This document shows positions 18,957 through 29,172 of a DNA stretch of 64,000 nt, piece by piece (within the stretch, counting starts at the first letter, position 1; each line of letters opens with the position of its first letter). Source of the DNA: Candidatus Saccharimonadales bacterium (lineage in GTDB: Bacteria; Patescibacteriota; Saccharimonadia; UBA4664; SCTI01); NCBI GenBank assembly GCA_035479795.1, contig DATIII010000002.1, forward strand, positions 84,034 through 148,033. Reading direction: 5' to 3'. Position numbers and translations under genes: made by a program. Under the pieces are notes generated by a model, which had not been told where the DNA came from, did no database searches, and saw only the letters and a program-made list of their open reading frames with translations.

Positions 18957-20003
18957 ATGGACCAAACCGAGCAAAAAATTCGAGGCGAATACGGCGAACT
19001 GCAGGCCAAGCTGGCCGATAGTTCGATTTTTGGCACACCCGAGTACGCTAAAACCGCCAAGCGCCAGGCCGAGTTGCAGCCACTGGTTGATTTATATGAC
19101 CAGCGAGCACAATTAGAGAACGATTTAGAGGCTTTGATGGACCCAGACCTGGCCGATCTAGCTGCCGTTGAGACACCGGTGCTGGAGTCTAAATTAATTG
19201 AAACACAAGAAAAGCTGCGTCTGGCCTTGGTGCCGAAAGATCCCAATGATTCAAAGGATATAATTGTGGAAATTCGGGCTGGTGCTGGTGGTGATGAATC
19301 CAGCCTGTTTGCCGGCGAGCTCTACCGTATGTATATGCGGCACGGCGAAACCAAGGGCTGGAAGGTGGAAATTGACTCTGAAAGCCCTAGCGATGTCGGC
19401 GGCTATAAAGAAATCATTTTTGAGGTTCATGGCTCTAATGTCTACGAAGACATGAAGTATGAATCTGGCGTGCATCGCGTCCAGCGGGTGCCAGCTACCG
19501 AGAGCCAAGGCCGAGTCCACACCTCCACCGTCACGGTCGCTGTACTCCCGGAAGCCGAAGAGACCGAGCTGGAGATTGCCGATGGCGATCTGCGGATTGA
19601 TGTTTTCCGTAGTGGCGGCCACGGTGGCCAGAGCGTTAACACCACCGATTCAGCAGTGCGCATTACTCACCTACCGACTGGACTCGTTGTCACCTGCCAG
19701 GATGAGAAAAGCCAACTTAAAAACAAACTCAAGGCCATGGGTGTATTGCGGGCGCGGCTACTGGCGATCAAAGCGGAGCAGGAGCAGAAAGAAAACCGCG
19801 AGGCCCGGCTGGCCCAAATTGGCTCGGGTGATCGCAGCGAAAAAATTCGCACCTACAATTTCCCCCAAGACCGCATTACCGACCACCGTATCGGCCGTAG
19901 CCAGCATGGCTTGCCCCAGTACATGGCCGGTGACATTGGCGACATGATTGAAGCGCTAAAGGCCGAGGATCTTAAGCGCAAACTCGAGACGGCAGCGGCG
20001 TGA
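18957..20003 (+). CDS. prfA: Peptide chain release factor 1
   Basis: PAT tripeptide (RF1-type) and a GGQ motif. The start is ambiguous: ATG at 18957, or an upstream TTG at 18948. Confidence 0.92.
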   Translation: MDQTEQKIRGEYGELQAKLADSSIFGTPEYAKTAKRQAELQPLVDLYDQRAQLENDLEALMDPDLADLAAVETPVLESKLIETQEKLRLALVPKDPNDSKDIIVEIRAGAGGDESSLFAGELYRMYMRHGETKGWKVEIDSESPSDVGGYKEIIFEVHGSNVYEDMKYESGVHRVQRVPATESQGRVHTSTVTVAVLPEAEETELEIADGDLRIDVFRSGGHGGQSVNTTDSAVRITHLPTGLVVTCQDEKSQLKNKLKAMGVLRARLLAIKAEQEQKENREARLAQIGSGDRSEKIRTYNFPQDRITDHRIGRSQHGLPQYMAGDIGDMIEALKAEDLKRKLETAAA

Positions 20004-20803
20004 CGATAGCCGAGGCCAAGCGACACGGCGAGCAAGTATTAGGCCGGGCCGGAATTGAGAGTAAGCGCATTGATACTTCGCTGCTGCTGGAAAAAGTTAG
20101 CGGCAAAAAGCGCACTTGGCTGTTCGCCCACCTTGAGGATAATCTGGACGACGACCAAGCTAAAAAATTTATCGATCTAATAAATGAACGGTCTAAGCGG
20201 CGACCACTGGTCCACCTAACAAATGCCCGTGAATTTTATGGTCTGGATTTTTATATTAATGAGTTTGTACTGACACCAAGGGTTGAAACCGAACAGATGG
20301 TTGGATGGGCTATTAAATATGCCCCTAAAAATTCCCATCTAATCGATATAGGAACGGGATCAGGCGCCCTTGCCATTGCGATTAAGAAACACCGGCCGGA
20401 TCTAAATGTCACCGCCACCGATGTAACCGATGAGGCGTTAGCAGTCGCTAAGAAAAATGCGAAGATTCATAAAGTCGACATTAGCTTCATCAAAAGCGAT
20501 CTTTGGACCAATGTCGAAGGCAAATTTGGAACCATTGTTACCAATCTTCCATATCTAAAAGACGATGCCGACCTAATGCCAGAAGTTAAGCACGAACCAG
20601 ATATTGCGCTATTTGGCGGGGCCGACGGATTAGACATTTACCGCCGGTTCTTAGAAAAACTTCCGGATCACCTGGCCGAAAATGGCTATCTATTCACTGA
20701 ATGTGATCCCTGGCAGCAGGCAGATCTGATCGCCGAAGCCGCCAAGGCTGGCCTAAAGCCAATCGAGCAGAGTTACTTTATTTTGGGCTTTCGAAGCGTT
20801 TAA
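20000..20803 (+). CDS. prmC: Release factor glutamine N5-methyltransferase PrmC/HemK
   Basis: SAM-binding DIGTGSGA and an NLPY catalytic motif. Overlaps prfA by 4 nt. Confidence 0.85.
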   Translation: MTIAEAKRHGEQVLGRAGIESKRIDTSLLLEKVSGKKRTWLFAHLEDNLDDDQAKKFIDLINERSKRRPLVHLTNAREFYGLDFYINEFVLTPRVETEQMVGWAIKYAPKNSHLIDIGTGSGALAIAIKKHRPDLNVTATDVTDEALAVAKKNAKIHKVDISFIKSDLWTNVEGKFGTIVTNLPYLKDDADLMPEVKHEPDIALFGGADGLDIYRRFLEKLPDHLAENGYLFTECDPWQQADLIAEAAKAGLKPIEQSYFILGFRSV

Positions 20804-21927
20804 GACCTAGGCGCTTCTTCCAGCGCGACATCGACTGATTTAGACTGTCCGTCCCGCAGGTACTCAATCTTCACTTTGTCCCCTACCTTATGCTGGGAAA
20901 TTAGCAGGCTCAAACTGTGGGTGGCGTCCAGAGTTTGGCCACCAATCTTAGTGATAATGTCGCCTTCTTTAAGACCAGACTTGGCCGCCGGGCTACCCGG
21001 CACGACTGCCAGATTCTGGTTGTCGCCCGTAATATAACCACCTTGGGTAACCGGCAAGTTATTAGAGGCGGCAAATTCTTTGGTAATCGGAATGTAACGC
21101 ACGCCCAAATATGGCTTGGTGATCTTACCGGCTTTTTGCACCTGGGCCAGCTCAATTTTTGCCTGATTAATTGGTATAGCAAAGCCAATGTTTTGGGCGT
21201 CACCAGCCACGGCCGTATTGATACCAATTACCTTGCCCTCAAGGTTCACCAACGGCCCCCCAGAGTTACCGGGATTAATCGCCGCATCGGTCTGGAAAAG
21301 ATTCTGTAACTGTTCCTCACTGCCCCCCGTTTGGTCCCCAGCCGTGACTGGCCGGCCAAGGCCGGAAATGATGCCTTCGGTGACAGTATTCTGAAACTGA
21401 CCCAAGGCATTACCGATTGCCACCACCTTATTGCCCACCGCCACACTCGATGAATCGCCCAGCTCAGCTGCCTTGAGGCCGTGAGCATCAACTTTGATGA
21501 ATGCCAGATCGTTCTGCGCGTCGGTGGCAATCACCTTGGCGTTTTTATACCGTTTACCATCCGAAGTATAGACATCGAGCTCACTGGCGCCGTCGATCAC
21601 GTGATTATTGGTTAAAATCAAGCCGTCGCTGCCCACTATTATGCCGGTTCCAGCACCCTTGGTAGTTTGCGACTGGCCAAAGAAAGAAAACCCAGTCGAC
21701 TGCGAGGTGATGGAAACCACACTGGGTGAAACCTTTTTGGCTACATCGACTGCTGCTGAGTTTTCCTGCAGCACGATGGCTTGCTTACTGACCGGAATTA
21801 AAGCCGGTAAATAACGCACTACCACATAACTACCGGCTGCCCCACCGAGTAAACCGACCACCAAGGTTAAAGTCACAATCCGTCTAACGAGATTATATGG
21901 CAATTGATTGTGTTCTTCGTGTTCCAT
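20800..21927 (-). CDS. htrA: HtrA/DegP-family serine protease with PDZ domain
   Basis: GNSGGPLVN catalytic-Ser motif in a trypsin-like domain, followed by a PDZ domain. Start set at MEHEEHN, with AAGGAGA upstream. Confidence 0.88.
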   Translation of the reverse strand: MEHEEHNQLPYNLVRRIVTLTLVVGLLGGAAGSYVVVRYLPALIPVSKQAIVLQENSAAVDVAKKVSPSVVSITSQSTGFSFFGQSQTTKGAGTGIIVGSDGLILTNNHVIDGASELDVYTSDGKRYKNAKVIATDAQNDLAFIKVDAHGLKAAELGDSSSVAVGNKVVAIGNALGQFQNTVTEGIISGLGRPVTAGDQTGGSEEQLQNLFQTDAAINPGNSGGPLVNLEGKVIGINTAVAGDAQNIGFAIPINQAKIELAQVQKAGKITKPYLGVRYIPITKEFAASNNLPVTQGGYITGDNQNLAVVPGSPAAKSGLKEGDIITKIGGQTLDATHSLSLLISQHKVGDKVKIEYLRDGQSKSVDVALEEAPRS

Positions 21928-21935
21928 AATTCTCC

Positions 21936-22697
21936 TTATAAACTCCCATTCCAATGGGTACCGGCCACCACGATAGCTAATAACACCCCGGCAATGGCCA
22001 CATATTCGATCAACCGGCGTCGACTCAAGGCCCGGGTGGCATGAGCATGATGTACGCTACCAAAAACGTACCCTAATCCCAAAACTATGATAACCGCCTG
22101 CGGCACAATAATGTAGCCGTCACTAATAATGTAATTAACCTGCCAAATGGCTAAAATCCAGGTAATTTGAGAGACAATTAAAGCCCAGGTAGCGGCCAGT
22201 AGCCCGGCTGCTCGTTCGCCAGTGCCCTTGAGGTACCATAGAGCAGTAATGTAAGATGCCAGCCAAGCCACCGAGACTACAGCCACGTCTGGCAGATGCC
22301 AAAAAGCCGCCCACAAATAAACCGCAGTTAGACTTAGGGCCTGGAGTACCACCGCGCCGAGCACATGCACGGTTTCGGCCCGCCGCAGACGGTCCAACCA
22401 GCCCAGCGTCAGAGCGTAAATAACGGCCAGACCGATTTGAGTTAGCGGTGGCAAGATGGGGGTGCCAAGGGGTGGGCGGTTGAGCCCTATTAGTAGTGAT
22501 ACACTAACCCCTAAGACAATGGCTGGCGCTAAAGCCAAGGCCGTTTCCCGTCCGCGGCCTCCCCGCCACCATAGAAAAATAGCGGGTAAACAAATCAGGC
22601 CTATCGCAACCCAAACAAAGTTGTAGTGACTTAGAAACAGCACGGTTGCGGCTAGTGCTGCTCGCGCCAATCCAGTTAAAAACGCTCTCGGGTTCAT
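21936..22697 (-). CDS. Polytopic integral membrane protein (hypothetical)
   Basis: 253 aa with 7-8 hydrophobic helices and no recognisable motif. Confidence 0.55.
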   Translation of the reverse strand: MNPRAFLTGLARAALAATVLFLSHYNFVWVAIGLICLPAIFLWWRGGRGRETALALAPAIVLGVSVSLLIGLNRPPLGTPILPPLTQIGLAVIYALTLGWLDRLRRAETVHVLGAVVLQALSLTAVYLWAAFWHLPDVAVVSVAWLASYITALWYLKGTGERAAGLLAATWALIVSQITWILAIWQVNYIISDGYIIVPQAVIIVLGLGYVFGSVHHAHATRALSRRRLIEYVAIAGVLLAIVVAGTHWNGSL

Positions 22698-24202
22698 GGC
22701 GTGGTGGGAATCGGCAACTTATAGTTTGCCCCAATTATCACCACAATGTCGGGAATCTGAGTTTCACCGGCGCTTAATGTCGTTGGCTTGACTGCCTTCC
22801 CGGCTTTAATGCCAAACCGCTTCTCCAGATACTGCAAGGTATAAGGCTTTTTGCCACCGCTGTAATCAATAATGGTGCTCGCCTGGTGATCGTTGGTTGG
22901 CGCCGACAGCGTGGCCACCACATTGTAGCTGTAGGCTTGTAACTGCTTGGTGACGGCCGCTGCCATGCCTACTTTGGTGGTGCCATTTTGAATCTCAATG
23001 GCCGCTGCCTCCTGCTTTAGATACCCGTCTACAAAGATAGTATGAGCCAAAGCTTGGATTTCGCTGTAGTTAAAGGCCCCAGCTCGTGGAATCTCAATCG
23101 AACCCGCTCCAGGGAACTGGCTACTGCCGTCAACCAGCAAACCAGCAGGTGTCATGTCCAGCACTTTTTGTTGGGTTTTGGACGTATCGAGATCTTTGAC
23201 AATCACCGCCAGCTTTTCCAGCTCCTTGAGCTGTAAATCGGTTTTAGCATGGCTGCCCACACTATCGATCAAACCACCGATTTTAACCGGGTTCGTCAGA
23301 GTCGAGGCTTCCAGCGCTTTTTGCCGCAGTGCCACTAGCAACTGCTGCTGCCTGGCTGCCCGGCCAAAGTCATTACCGCATAGCCCATGTCGACACCTGG
23401 CAAACTTTAGCGCTAACTTGCCATCCATGTGGTACTGGCCAACCGGCAAGGAAAACGGACAAAAGCCCCGGTCATTATCGCAAGGATAGGCTGAGTCGTA
23501 GAGTTTCTCCTTATTGTTAATATCAACTCCCCCGACAGCATCGACAGCCTGCTTAAACCCGGAGAAGTCAGCTTGAACATAATAATGAATCGGTAGATCG
23601 AGAATTTTCGAAACCACCTGCTTGGCCAAATCCGGCCCACCATAGGCATTGGCGGCGTTGATTTTGCTGTAGCCATAGCCGGGGATCCGCACATACATGT
23701 CCCGTGGGATAGAAAGCATGGCTATGGTTTTTGCCTTGGGGTCAATACTAGCCACCATTATCGTATCGCTAAGGTTGCCGCCATCATGACCAGATCCGCC
23801 CGTTCCAAGCAGCAGGATATTAATGCGCCCATCACCTTCGCCCTTAAGTTTGGTTGGGTCGACCGGGCCACTCAGGGCCGGAGCCGCGCGCTCAGATGAT
23901 TTTTGAATAACCCGCTTAGTGGCCAACACCGCCTTAACCCCCACGAAGGCGAAGACACAAACCACCGACAGCGAAGTAGCAGCAAGAAGACGTTTTTTAG
24001 TAAAGGCGGCTCGGAATTTTGACTTCGGCCTGGACGTCTGGGCGGGTAACACCACCCCACCTCCGGCCTCTTGATCGACCACCGGAGGAATTGCCGGATT
24101 AACCGGTATATCGGCTGGCCCTCCCGACTTAAAAGACTCCGGCCGCCTGACTTGGCGGACCGGACCATCCAGTCGTTTGACCTGGCGTTTAGCTTCACCC
24201 AT
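22694..24202 (-). CDS. LytR-CpsA-Psr (LCP) family cell-envelope phosphotransferase
   Basis: LLLGTGGSGHDGGNLSDTIMVASIDP...SIPRD core. Start chosen at MGEAKRQ. The extended ORF codes an implausible Cys/His-rich leader. Confidence 0.85.
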   Translation of the reverse strand: MGEAKRQVKRLDGPVRQVRRPESFKSGGPADIPVNPAIPPVVDQEAGGGVVLPAQTSRPKSKFRAAFTKKRLLAATSLSVVCVFAFVGVKAVLATKRVIQKSSERAAPALSGPVDPTKLKGEGDGRINILLLGTGGSGHDGGNLSDTIMVASIDPKAKTIAMLSIPRDMYVRIPGYGYSKINAANAYGGPDLAKQVVSKILDLPIHYYVQADFSGFKQAVDAVGGVDINNKEKLYDSAYPCDNDRGFCPFSLPVGQYHMDGKLALKFARCRHGLCGNDFGRAARQQQLLVALRQKALEASTLTNPVKIGGLIDSVGSHAKTDLQLKELEKLAVIVKDLDTSKTQQKVLDMTPAGLLVDGSSQFPGAGSIEIPRAGAFNYSEIQALAHTIFVDGYLKQEAAAIEIQNGTTKVGMAAAVTKQLQAYSYNVVATLSAPTNDHQASTIIDYSGGKKPYTLQYLEKRFGIKAGKAVKPTTLSAGETQIPDIVVIIGANYKLPIPTTP

Positions 24203-24241
24203 TGACCTTAAGTATAACCATTTTCCAGGTGGGCGTAAAGG

Positions 24242-24270
24242 TTGCGGCGCTCCCTTTCGGCCTCTATACT
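24242..24270 (+). promoter_or_regulatory. Sigma70-like promoter (TTGCGG-17nt-TATACT) for lepB, giving a leaderless mRNA
   Basis: The -10 hexamer ends 4 nt before the ATG at 24275. Confidence 0.45.
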
Positions 24271-24274
24271 TGAT

Positions 24275-24943
24275 ATGATGAATCCTGAAAAACCAGATAT
24301 GGCAACAGTGGACCCTGCCCCAAATCCACCTGTGACACCCGCAACCACACCCGCCGAAGCTAACACTCTGCCGGCTGGCCGCCAAAGTGCCCTCCGTATT
24401 TTTTCGGGTTGGCTGTTTAGCTGGTTTATCCTGCCAATCGCTCTGGTACTCTTCCTGCACCTATTCGTATTCCAGGCCTTCCATGTGGTTGGCAGTAGTA
24501 TGGTCAACACCCTACATGACCAAGACTACTTAATTATTTCTAAGGTTGATCATACCGTGGCCAACTTGCAGGGTAAGGATTATATTCCGGCACGGCAATC
24601 GATCATCGTCTTCCACTACCCAAAGCAACCGGACCTAATATTTGTAAAGCGGGTTATCGGGCTCCCCGGCGAGCGGGTGGTTGTCCGCGACGGCCAAGTC
24701 CGGGTCTACAACCCCAGTCACCCTGAGGGCTTTGACCCCAACACTGGCTATGAACCAGACGGCACGCAAACCTTAATTGATACCGATGTCACCGTACCGA
24801 ATCACACCTTGTTTGTATTGGGAGACAACCGTACACCTGGCGGCTCCAGCGATTCACGTGATTGGGGCTTTTTGCCCGCCGACAACATCATTGGTAATGC
24901 CGTCCTGCGGCTCTTTCCCTTCGATCAAATTCGCGGGCTCTAA
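24275..24943 (+). CDS. lepB: Signal peptidase I
   Basis: VVGSSM (catalytic Ser), KRVIGLPGE (Lys box) and VLGDNR motifs. Confidence 0.88.
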   Translation: MMNPEKPDMATVDPAPNPPVTPATTPAEANTLPAGRQSALRIFSGWLFSWFILPIALVLFLHLFVFQAFHVVGSSMVNTLHDQDYLIISKVDHTVANLQGKDYIPARQSIIVFHYPKQPDLIFVKRVIGLPGERVVVRDGQVRVYNPSHPEGFDPNTGYEPDGTQTLIDTDVTVPNHTLFVLGDNRTPGGSSDSRDWGFLPADNIIGNAVLRLFPFDQIRGL

Positions 24944-24946
24944 CTC

Positions 24947-25816
24947 CTAATTTGGATTAATTGTTTCGATAATCCGCTGGAGCTCAGTGTCGCTATCGTA
25001 GGCAATGACCAACTTGCCGCCCTTGGCTCCCGGCTGCATGGTCACCTTGGTGCCGAGATAGCTTTCCAGAGCTTTGGTGAGATCATTACTGCCGGCAATT
25101 CGCTTTAAACCATGCTCCTTCGAACCAGCTGGAGCCTTAAAGGCACGCGTAAATTCTTCGGCCTGGCGCACCGTCCATTGATTCTTGATAATTAGGTCTA
25201 AAAGCTCGGTCCGTTTGGCTTCATCGTTGACGCTCAAAATGGCTCGGGCATGACCTTCGGAAATCTGGCCACCAGCCACAGCTTGGCGGGCCGGCTCGGA
25301 TAGGCTCAGCAGGCGCATGACATTAGAAACCGTCGACCGAGCCTGCCCCGCTCGCTGAGCGACTTGATCAACGGTCAGGTTAAACTCGTCTACCAACTTG
25401 CGATAGGCCATAGCCGTCTCGATGGGATTAAGGTCCGACCTTTGGACGTTTTCAATCAAGGCTAACTCTAATTTTTGCTGCTCATCAAAGCTGCGAATAA
25501 TCACCGGGACGGTTTTCAGCCCGGCCAATTTGGAAGCTCGCAGACGACGCTCCCCGGCAATTAACTCATATTTGTCACCTTGCTTACTGACAACCAGTGG
25601 TTGCAGCACACCATGAGTCTTGATCGAGGCTGCCAGGTCTCCCAACTCAGCTTCATTAAAGGTTTGCCGGGGTTGGTGCGGGTTGGGCATCACCGTAGAG
25701 GGATCTATCTGGTGAACGGCGTCGCCAGTCGAGGCCAAAACCGCGGCTTGAACATCACCGACATCAGTGGGAATCAGGGCATCAAAACCTCGGCCAAGTC
25801 CGCGATTCTTAGCCAT
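24947..25816 (-). CDS. parB: Chromosome partitioning protein ParB/Spo0J
   Basis: MAKNRGLGRGFDALIP start and a GERR box. Confidence 0.9.
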   Translation of the reverse strand: MAKNRGLGRGFDALIPTDVGDVQAAVLASTGDAVHQIDPSTVMPNPHQPRQTFNEAELGDLAASIKTHGVLQPLVVSKQGDKYELIAGERRLRASKLAGLKTVPVIIRSFDEQQKLELALIENVQRSDLNPIETAMAYRKLVDEFNLTVDQVAQRAGQARSTVSNVMRLLSLSEPARQAVAGGQISEGHARAILSVNDEAKRTELLDLIIKNQWTVRQAEEFTRAFKAPAGSKEHGLKRIAGSNDLTKALESYLGTKVTMQPGAKGGKLVIAYDSDTELQRIIETINPN

Positions 25817-26589
25817 CAGACCGTCACCTTTGCGCTAACTCGCTTATCAACTTCCTTCGCCAGCGCGTTATAACTCCGTGCGCCCTTGCTCCAACGGTCG
25901 TAGTGGGTAATTGGTTGGCCAAAGCTAGGCGCTTCCGCTAGGCGGACATTGCGCGGAATAATGGTGTCAAACACTTTATCGGGAAAATGCCGCTTAACTT
26001 CGTCGTGAACCTGAGCGCTTAAGGTCGTGCGACCATTATGCATCGTCAATACCACACCCAAGAGATCAAGCCCTGGGTTCAAACCCTGCCTAACCCGCTG
26101 GACTGTTTGGAGCAACTGACCGAGACCCTCCAGGGCGTAAAATTCGGCCTGAACGGGAATAATCAAACTATTGGCCGCCACCAACCCGTTTAGCGTCAGG
26201 AGGCCAAGCGAAGGTGGGCAGTCAATCAAAATGTAATCATATGGCAAGTCGGCCAGCGACTCCTTCAGCCGAAACTCCCGCTTGTCGTCGCCAACCAGCT
26301 CGACCTCGGCGGCTGCCAGCACGGGCGCGGCCGGCAGCACCACCACATTGCTATATTTGGTTCGCAGGGCCGACTGGTGAGCGTGGCTGCGGTCCATTAA
26401 GACATTGTAGAGCGATGTCTGAAGAGCGGTTTTATCAATGCCAAAACCGCTGGTGGTATTACCCTGGGGGTCCAAGTCGACAACCAGCACCTTTTTACGA
26501 CTCTTTGCCAAAAAGGCAGCCAGGTTTATGGCAGTGGTGGTTTTACCAACTCCCCCTTTTTGATTTGCAATTGCAATTACGTGCGCCAT
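25816..26589 (-). CDS. parA: Chromosome partitioning ATPase ParA/Soj
   Basis: KGGVGKTT deviant Walker A motif. Confidence 0.92.
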   Translation of the reverse strand: MAHVIAIANQKGGVGKTTTAINLAAFLAKSRKKVLVVDLDPQGNTTSGFGIDKTALQTSLYNVLMDRSHAHQSALRTKYSNVVVLPAAPVLAAAEVELVGDDKREFRLKESLADLPYDYILIDCPPSLGLLTLNGLVAANSLIIPVQAEFYALEGLGQLLQTVQRVRQGLNPGLDLLGVVLTMHNGRTTLSAQVHDEVKRHFPDKVFDTIIPRNVRLAEAPSFGQPITHYDRWSKGARSYNALAKEVDKRVSAKVTV

Positions 26590-26591
26590 TA

Positions 26592-26627
26592 AACCTCTTT
26601 CTTGGTTATTTTAGCATCAAAAGAGGT
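26592..26627 (-). promoter_or_regulatory. Hairpin (9-bp stem) whose 3' arm contains the parA Shine-Dalgarno; also downstream of sortase
   Basis: AACCTCTTT ...18 nt... AAAGAGGTT, read directly. The minus-strand mRNA reads AAAGAGGTTTAATG into parA. Confidence 0.45.
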
Positions 26628-26638
26628 TATGGTTCCAG

Positions 26639-27412
26639 TTAGAGTGCCACTGGCTCGGCGATCACCACGACTCGCTTGGTTTGAGCCTTGTCACTGCATG
26701 TGTAGATGGTGATATGGGGCTTAGTGGAATCGGATTTCAGAATGGAAGTCTCGGTACTAACCACCGTCTTTACCTGTGAAATCGTGTAAATTAGACGTTT
26801 GCCGCGCCAATCCACCACCACGGTGTCGCCATTTGAAAGTTTGTCGAGATTGTAAAGTGTGGAAGTATTGGGTGGTAAGAAGCGCCAGCGATGGCCAGCC
26901 AGTACAAAGTTACCATCAGCCATATTGCCAGTTTGGTGCCACACCCCCTCTTCTTTATCGAGAATCTTCAGGCTCGGGCCCTCTAAAATCGCCGTACTTA
27001 CGCCAATTTTGGGAATAATTAGTCGGTTGCCCGCGATATTGGCCTTGGGGTTATTGGCGCCAACCGGCTGAGACTGTAGGACATCGCCAGCCCGCGCCTG
27101 GTAGTCAGTTTTATGTAGCTGGTAGTCCAACTCGGGCAGCCAAGGGTAGACAAACAGTATGGCCGATACGGCGAACATTAGGGCAAAACCGATTGACAGT
27201 AAGGAGCGCCACCGCGACAACCGACTGCGACCATTAATCACCTTAAAATAAGTGCTACCGCCAGAAGTCGCCGCATTGATCGGGCTGCGTCTGCAGATAC
27301 CCCGGCGCGTGTCGCAGCGGTAAATGTAGCGTTCATCAGCCCAATGTTTATCAGGATTAAACTTAGAGGGCTTGGTGATTTGCCGGCCCAGTTCGGGCTT
27401 AGCGGAGCGCAC
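26639..27412 (-). CDS. Sortase family transpeptidase
   Basis: VLAGHR (His), ITIYTCS (TLxTC catalytic Cys) and an N-terminal membrane anchor. Confidence 0.85.
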   Translation of the reverse strand: MRSAKPELGRQITKPSKFNPDKHWADERYIYRCDTRRGICRRSPINAATSGGSTYFKVINGRSRLSRWRSLLSIGFALMFAVSAILFVYPWLPELDYQLHKTDYQARAGDVLQSQPVGANNPKANIAGNRLIIPKIGVSTAILEGPSLKILDKEEGVWHQTGNMADGNFVLAGHRWRFLPPNTSTLYNLDKLSNGDTVVVDWRGKRLIYTISQVKTVVSTETSILKSDSTKPHITIYTCSDKAQTKRVVVIAEPVAL

Positions 27413-28719
27413 CCTGACGCCTCGTCAGGATAAAACCGATGGTTGCCACCAGCATCATGCAGAGAGCAAGGACTGAGTGCGGCCAGTCTCCAGTCGGCGC
27501 TAGCTTTTTCGCCGTGGAATCGGTGGATGTTGACGGGGTCGGTGTCGAACTCACAGCAGCGGCGGGGTTCATCGTCAAGGTTAACGCGAGGGTTGGACTG
27601 GCATTACCGGCGGCGTCAGTAGCAACGATCGAAAGATTATGTTGGCCATTAGGAATGTCTTGATCCGGAGTGGCGGACCATGCACCGGTGGCGTCAACCG
27701 TAGCCGTAAGCTTGATATTCTCCGGCGAAACCATAATTGCTACCTTTGAACCCGCTTCGGCCTTACCGCTGAAGACCGGCCGATTAGCACCGCTAATGCT
27801 GGCTGTACTTCCTGAAACTTTATTATCTCCCACCTTTCCAACCGTTGGGGCGGAAGGAGCCAAGCTATCCACACTAAAGGCGGCGGCTTTATCGTCGCCA
27901 ACCGTTAGCCAATCGCCAGCTTTATCACCCTTGGTGACGCGAATCTGCCAGTGATAGCTCCCATCGACAATACCGGCCTGGGTGACTGACACATCCAAAT
28001 CGTGGCCGCCGGCCTTCACTGCGGCTCCCTTGGTAGTGGCCTCCCCGGTAAATGCTTGGCCCATCGGCCGGACTTCGATTTCCGGTACGACTGCGCCGGT
28101 GTTGGCTGATGTCGCCAGAGTGGCATGGAATGATAGGTCATGATCTTTGGCAGCGCCCCCTAGACTAATCTCGCCACTCGAAGCTACCAAGCGGGGATCT
28201 TTCAGAGTGCCAACTTCAATTTCCTTGGGGATAGGGCTCTCGGGCGACTGGGCTGATTGATCGCTATTGCGCTGAGTGAAATACCACCAAGCGCCACCAC
28301 CGAGCAAAAGTACAATTATGGCGGCCAGGATAATCCAGCGACCATTGCCTCCTCTTTTTGGTGGCACAATGGGAACCTCAGGAGCGGGCTTTGGCTCGGG
28401 AGTGACAGAAGAGCCGTTTTTCTCGGGATCATGGTCCTTGTCATCCTTCACACTGCCCGAATCCGCTAAGACCGTCGGTCCGGCGGCGGGAGCTGGACCG
28501 GCCCCAGCGGGCTCGGCCGGCTGGGGCGCTGGTGCAGCCGCAGCCGTGGTCTTGGCGACGGATACATAATCGGAAGCCAGCCGGGGCGAAGCCGCCGGTC
28601 CGGCGGTTATTGAACCGGCACCGTAAGAGCCTCCAACCTTTTGGTTAGAGCCTGAATTATGTAATAAGTCCATCCTGGGATTATTGGTCGGGTTGCTCCC
28701 CGCCGATATTGGATCCATC
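27399..28719 (-). CDS. Cell-surface protein with C-terminal LAPTG sorting signal (candidate sortase substrate)
   Basis: C-terminus is KKLAPTG, then a hydrophobic segment, then RRQGALR. Start set at MDPIS, with GGGTGAGG upstream. An internal transmembrane helix sits near residue 130. Confidence 0.75.
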
Positions 28720-28786
28720 CTCACCCTTTTAAGCTGATTACATGATACCTGTAAGCACAAGCGTAATGCAAGTTCAGACATCAAAA

Positions 28787-28808
28787 AACTCCGCTGCTGA
28801 GCGGAGTT
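28787..28808 (-). terminator. Intrinsic terminator of rplU (overlaps stop codon)
   Basis: AACTCCGCTCAGCAGCGGAGTT hairpin, followed by UUUUUUG on the minus-strand RNA. Confidence 0.7.
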
Positions 28809-29127
28809 ACTTTTTGGCAGTGGCGGAGCCGATGCCGGTGATTTTTATATTACTGAATTTCTGACGATGGCCGGTTTTGCGACTGATGCGCTTCTTGGCT
28901 TTGTACTTCAAAATTTTTAGCTTGTCGCCCTTAACTTCCTCGACTACCTCAGCTTTAACCACAACCCCGGAGACAATCGGCGCGCCAACCTGAACTTTAT
29001 CGCCCTCAATTACCATCAACGGCTCAAACTCCAGCTTTTTGGCATCAGAATCGACCAGATCGATATTAAGAGTCTGGCCTTCCTTGACGATATATTGCTT
29101 GCCCCCGGCTTTGATTACTGCTTGCAT
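28807..29127 (-). CDS. rplU: 50S ribosomal protein L21
   Basis: MQAVIKAGGKQYIVKEG. Confidence 0.93.
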   Translation of the reverse strand: MQAVIKAGGKQYIVKEGQTLNIDLVDSDAKKLEFEPLMVIEGDKVQVGAPIVSGVVVKAEVVEEVKGDKLKILKYKAKKRISRKTGHRQKFSNIKITGIGSATAKK

Positions 29128-29172
29128 GACCCAAGTATCCTACCCTAATCTGTTGGGTTTGTAAAGGAGTGA

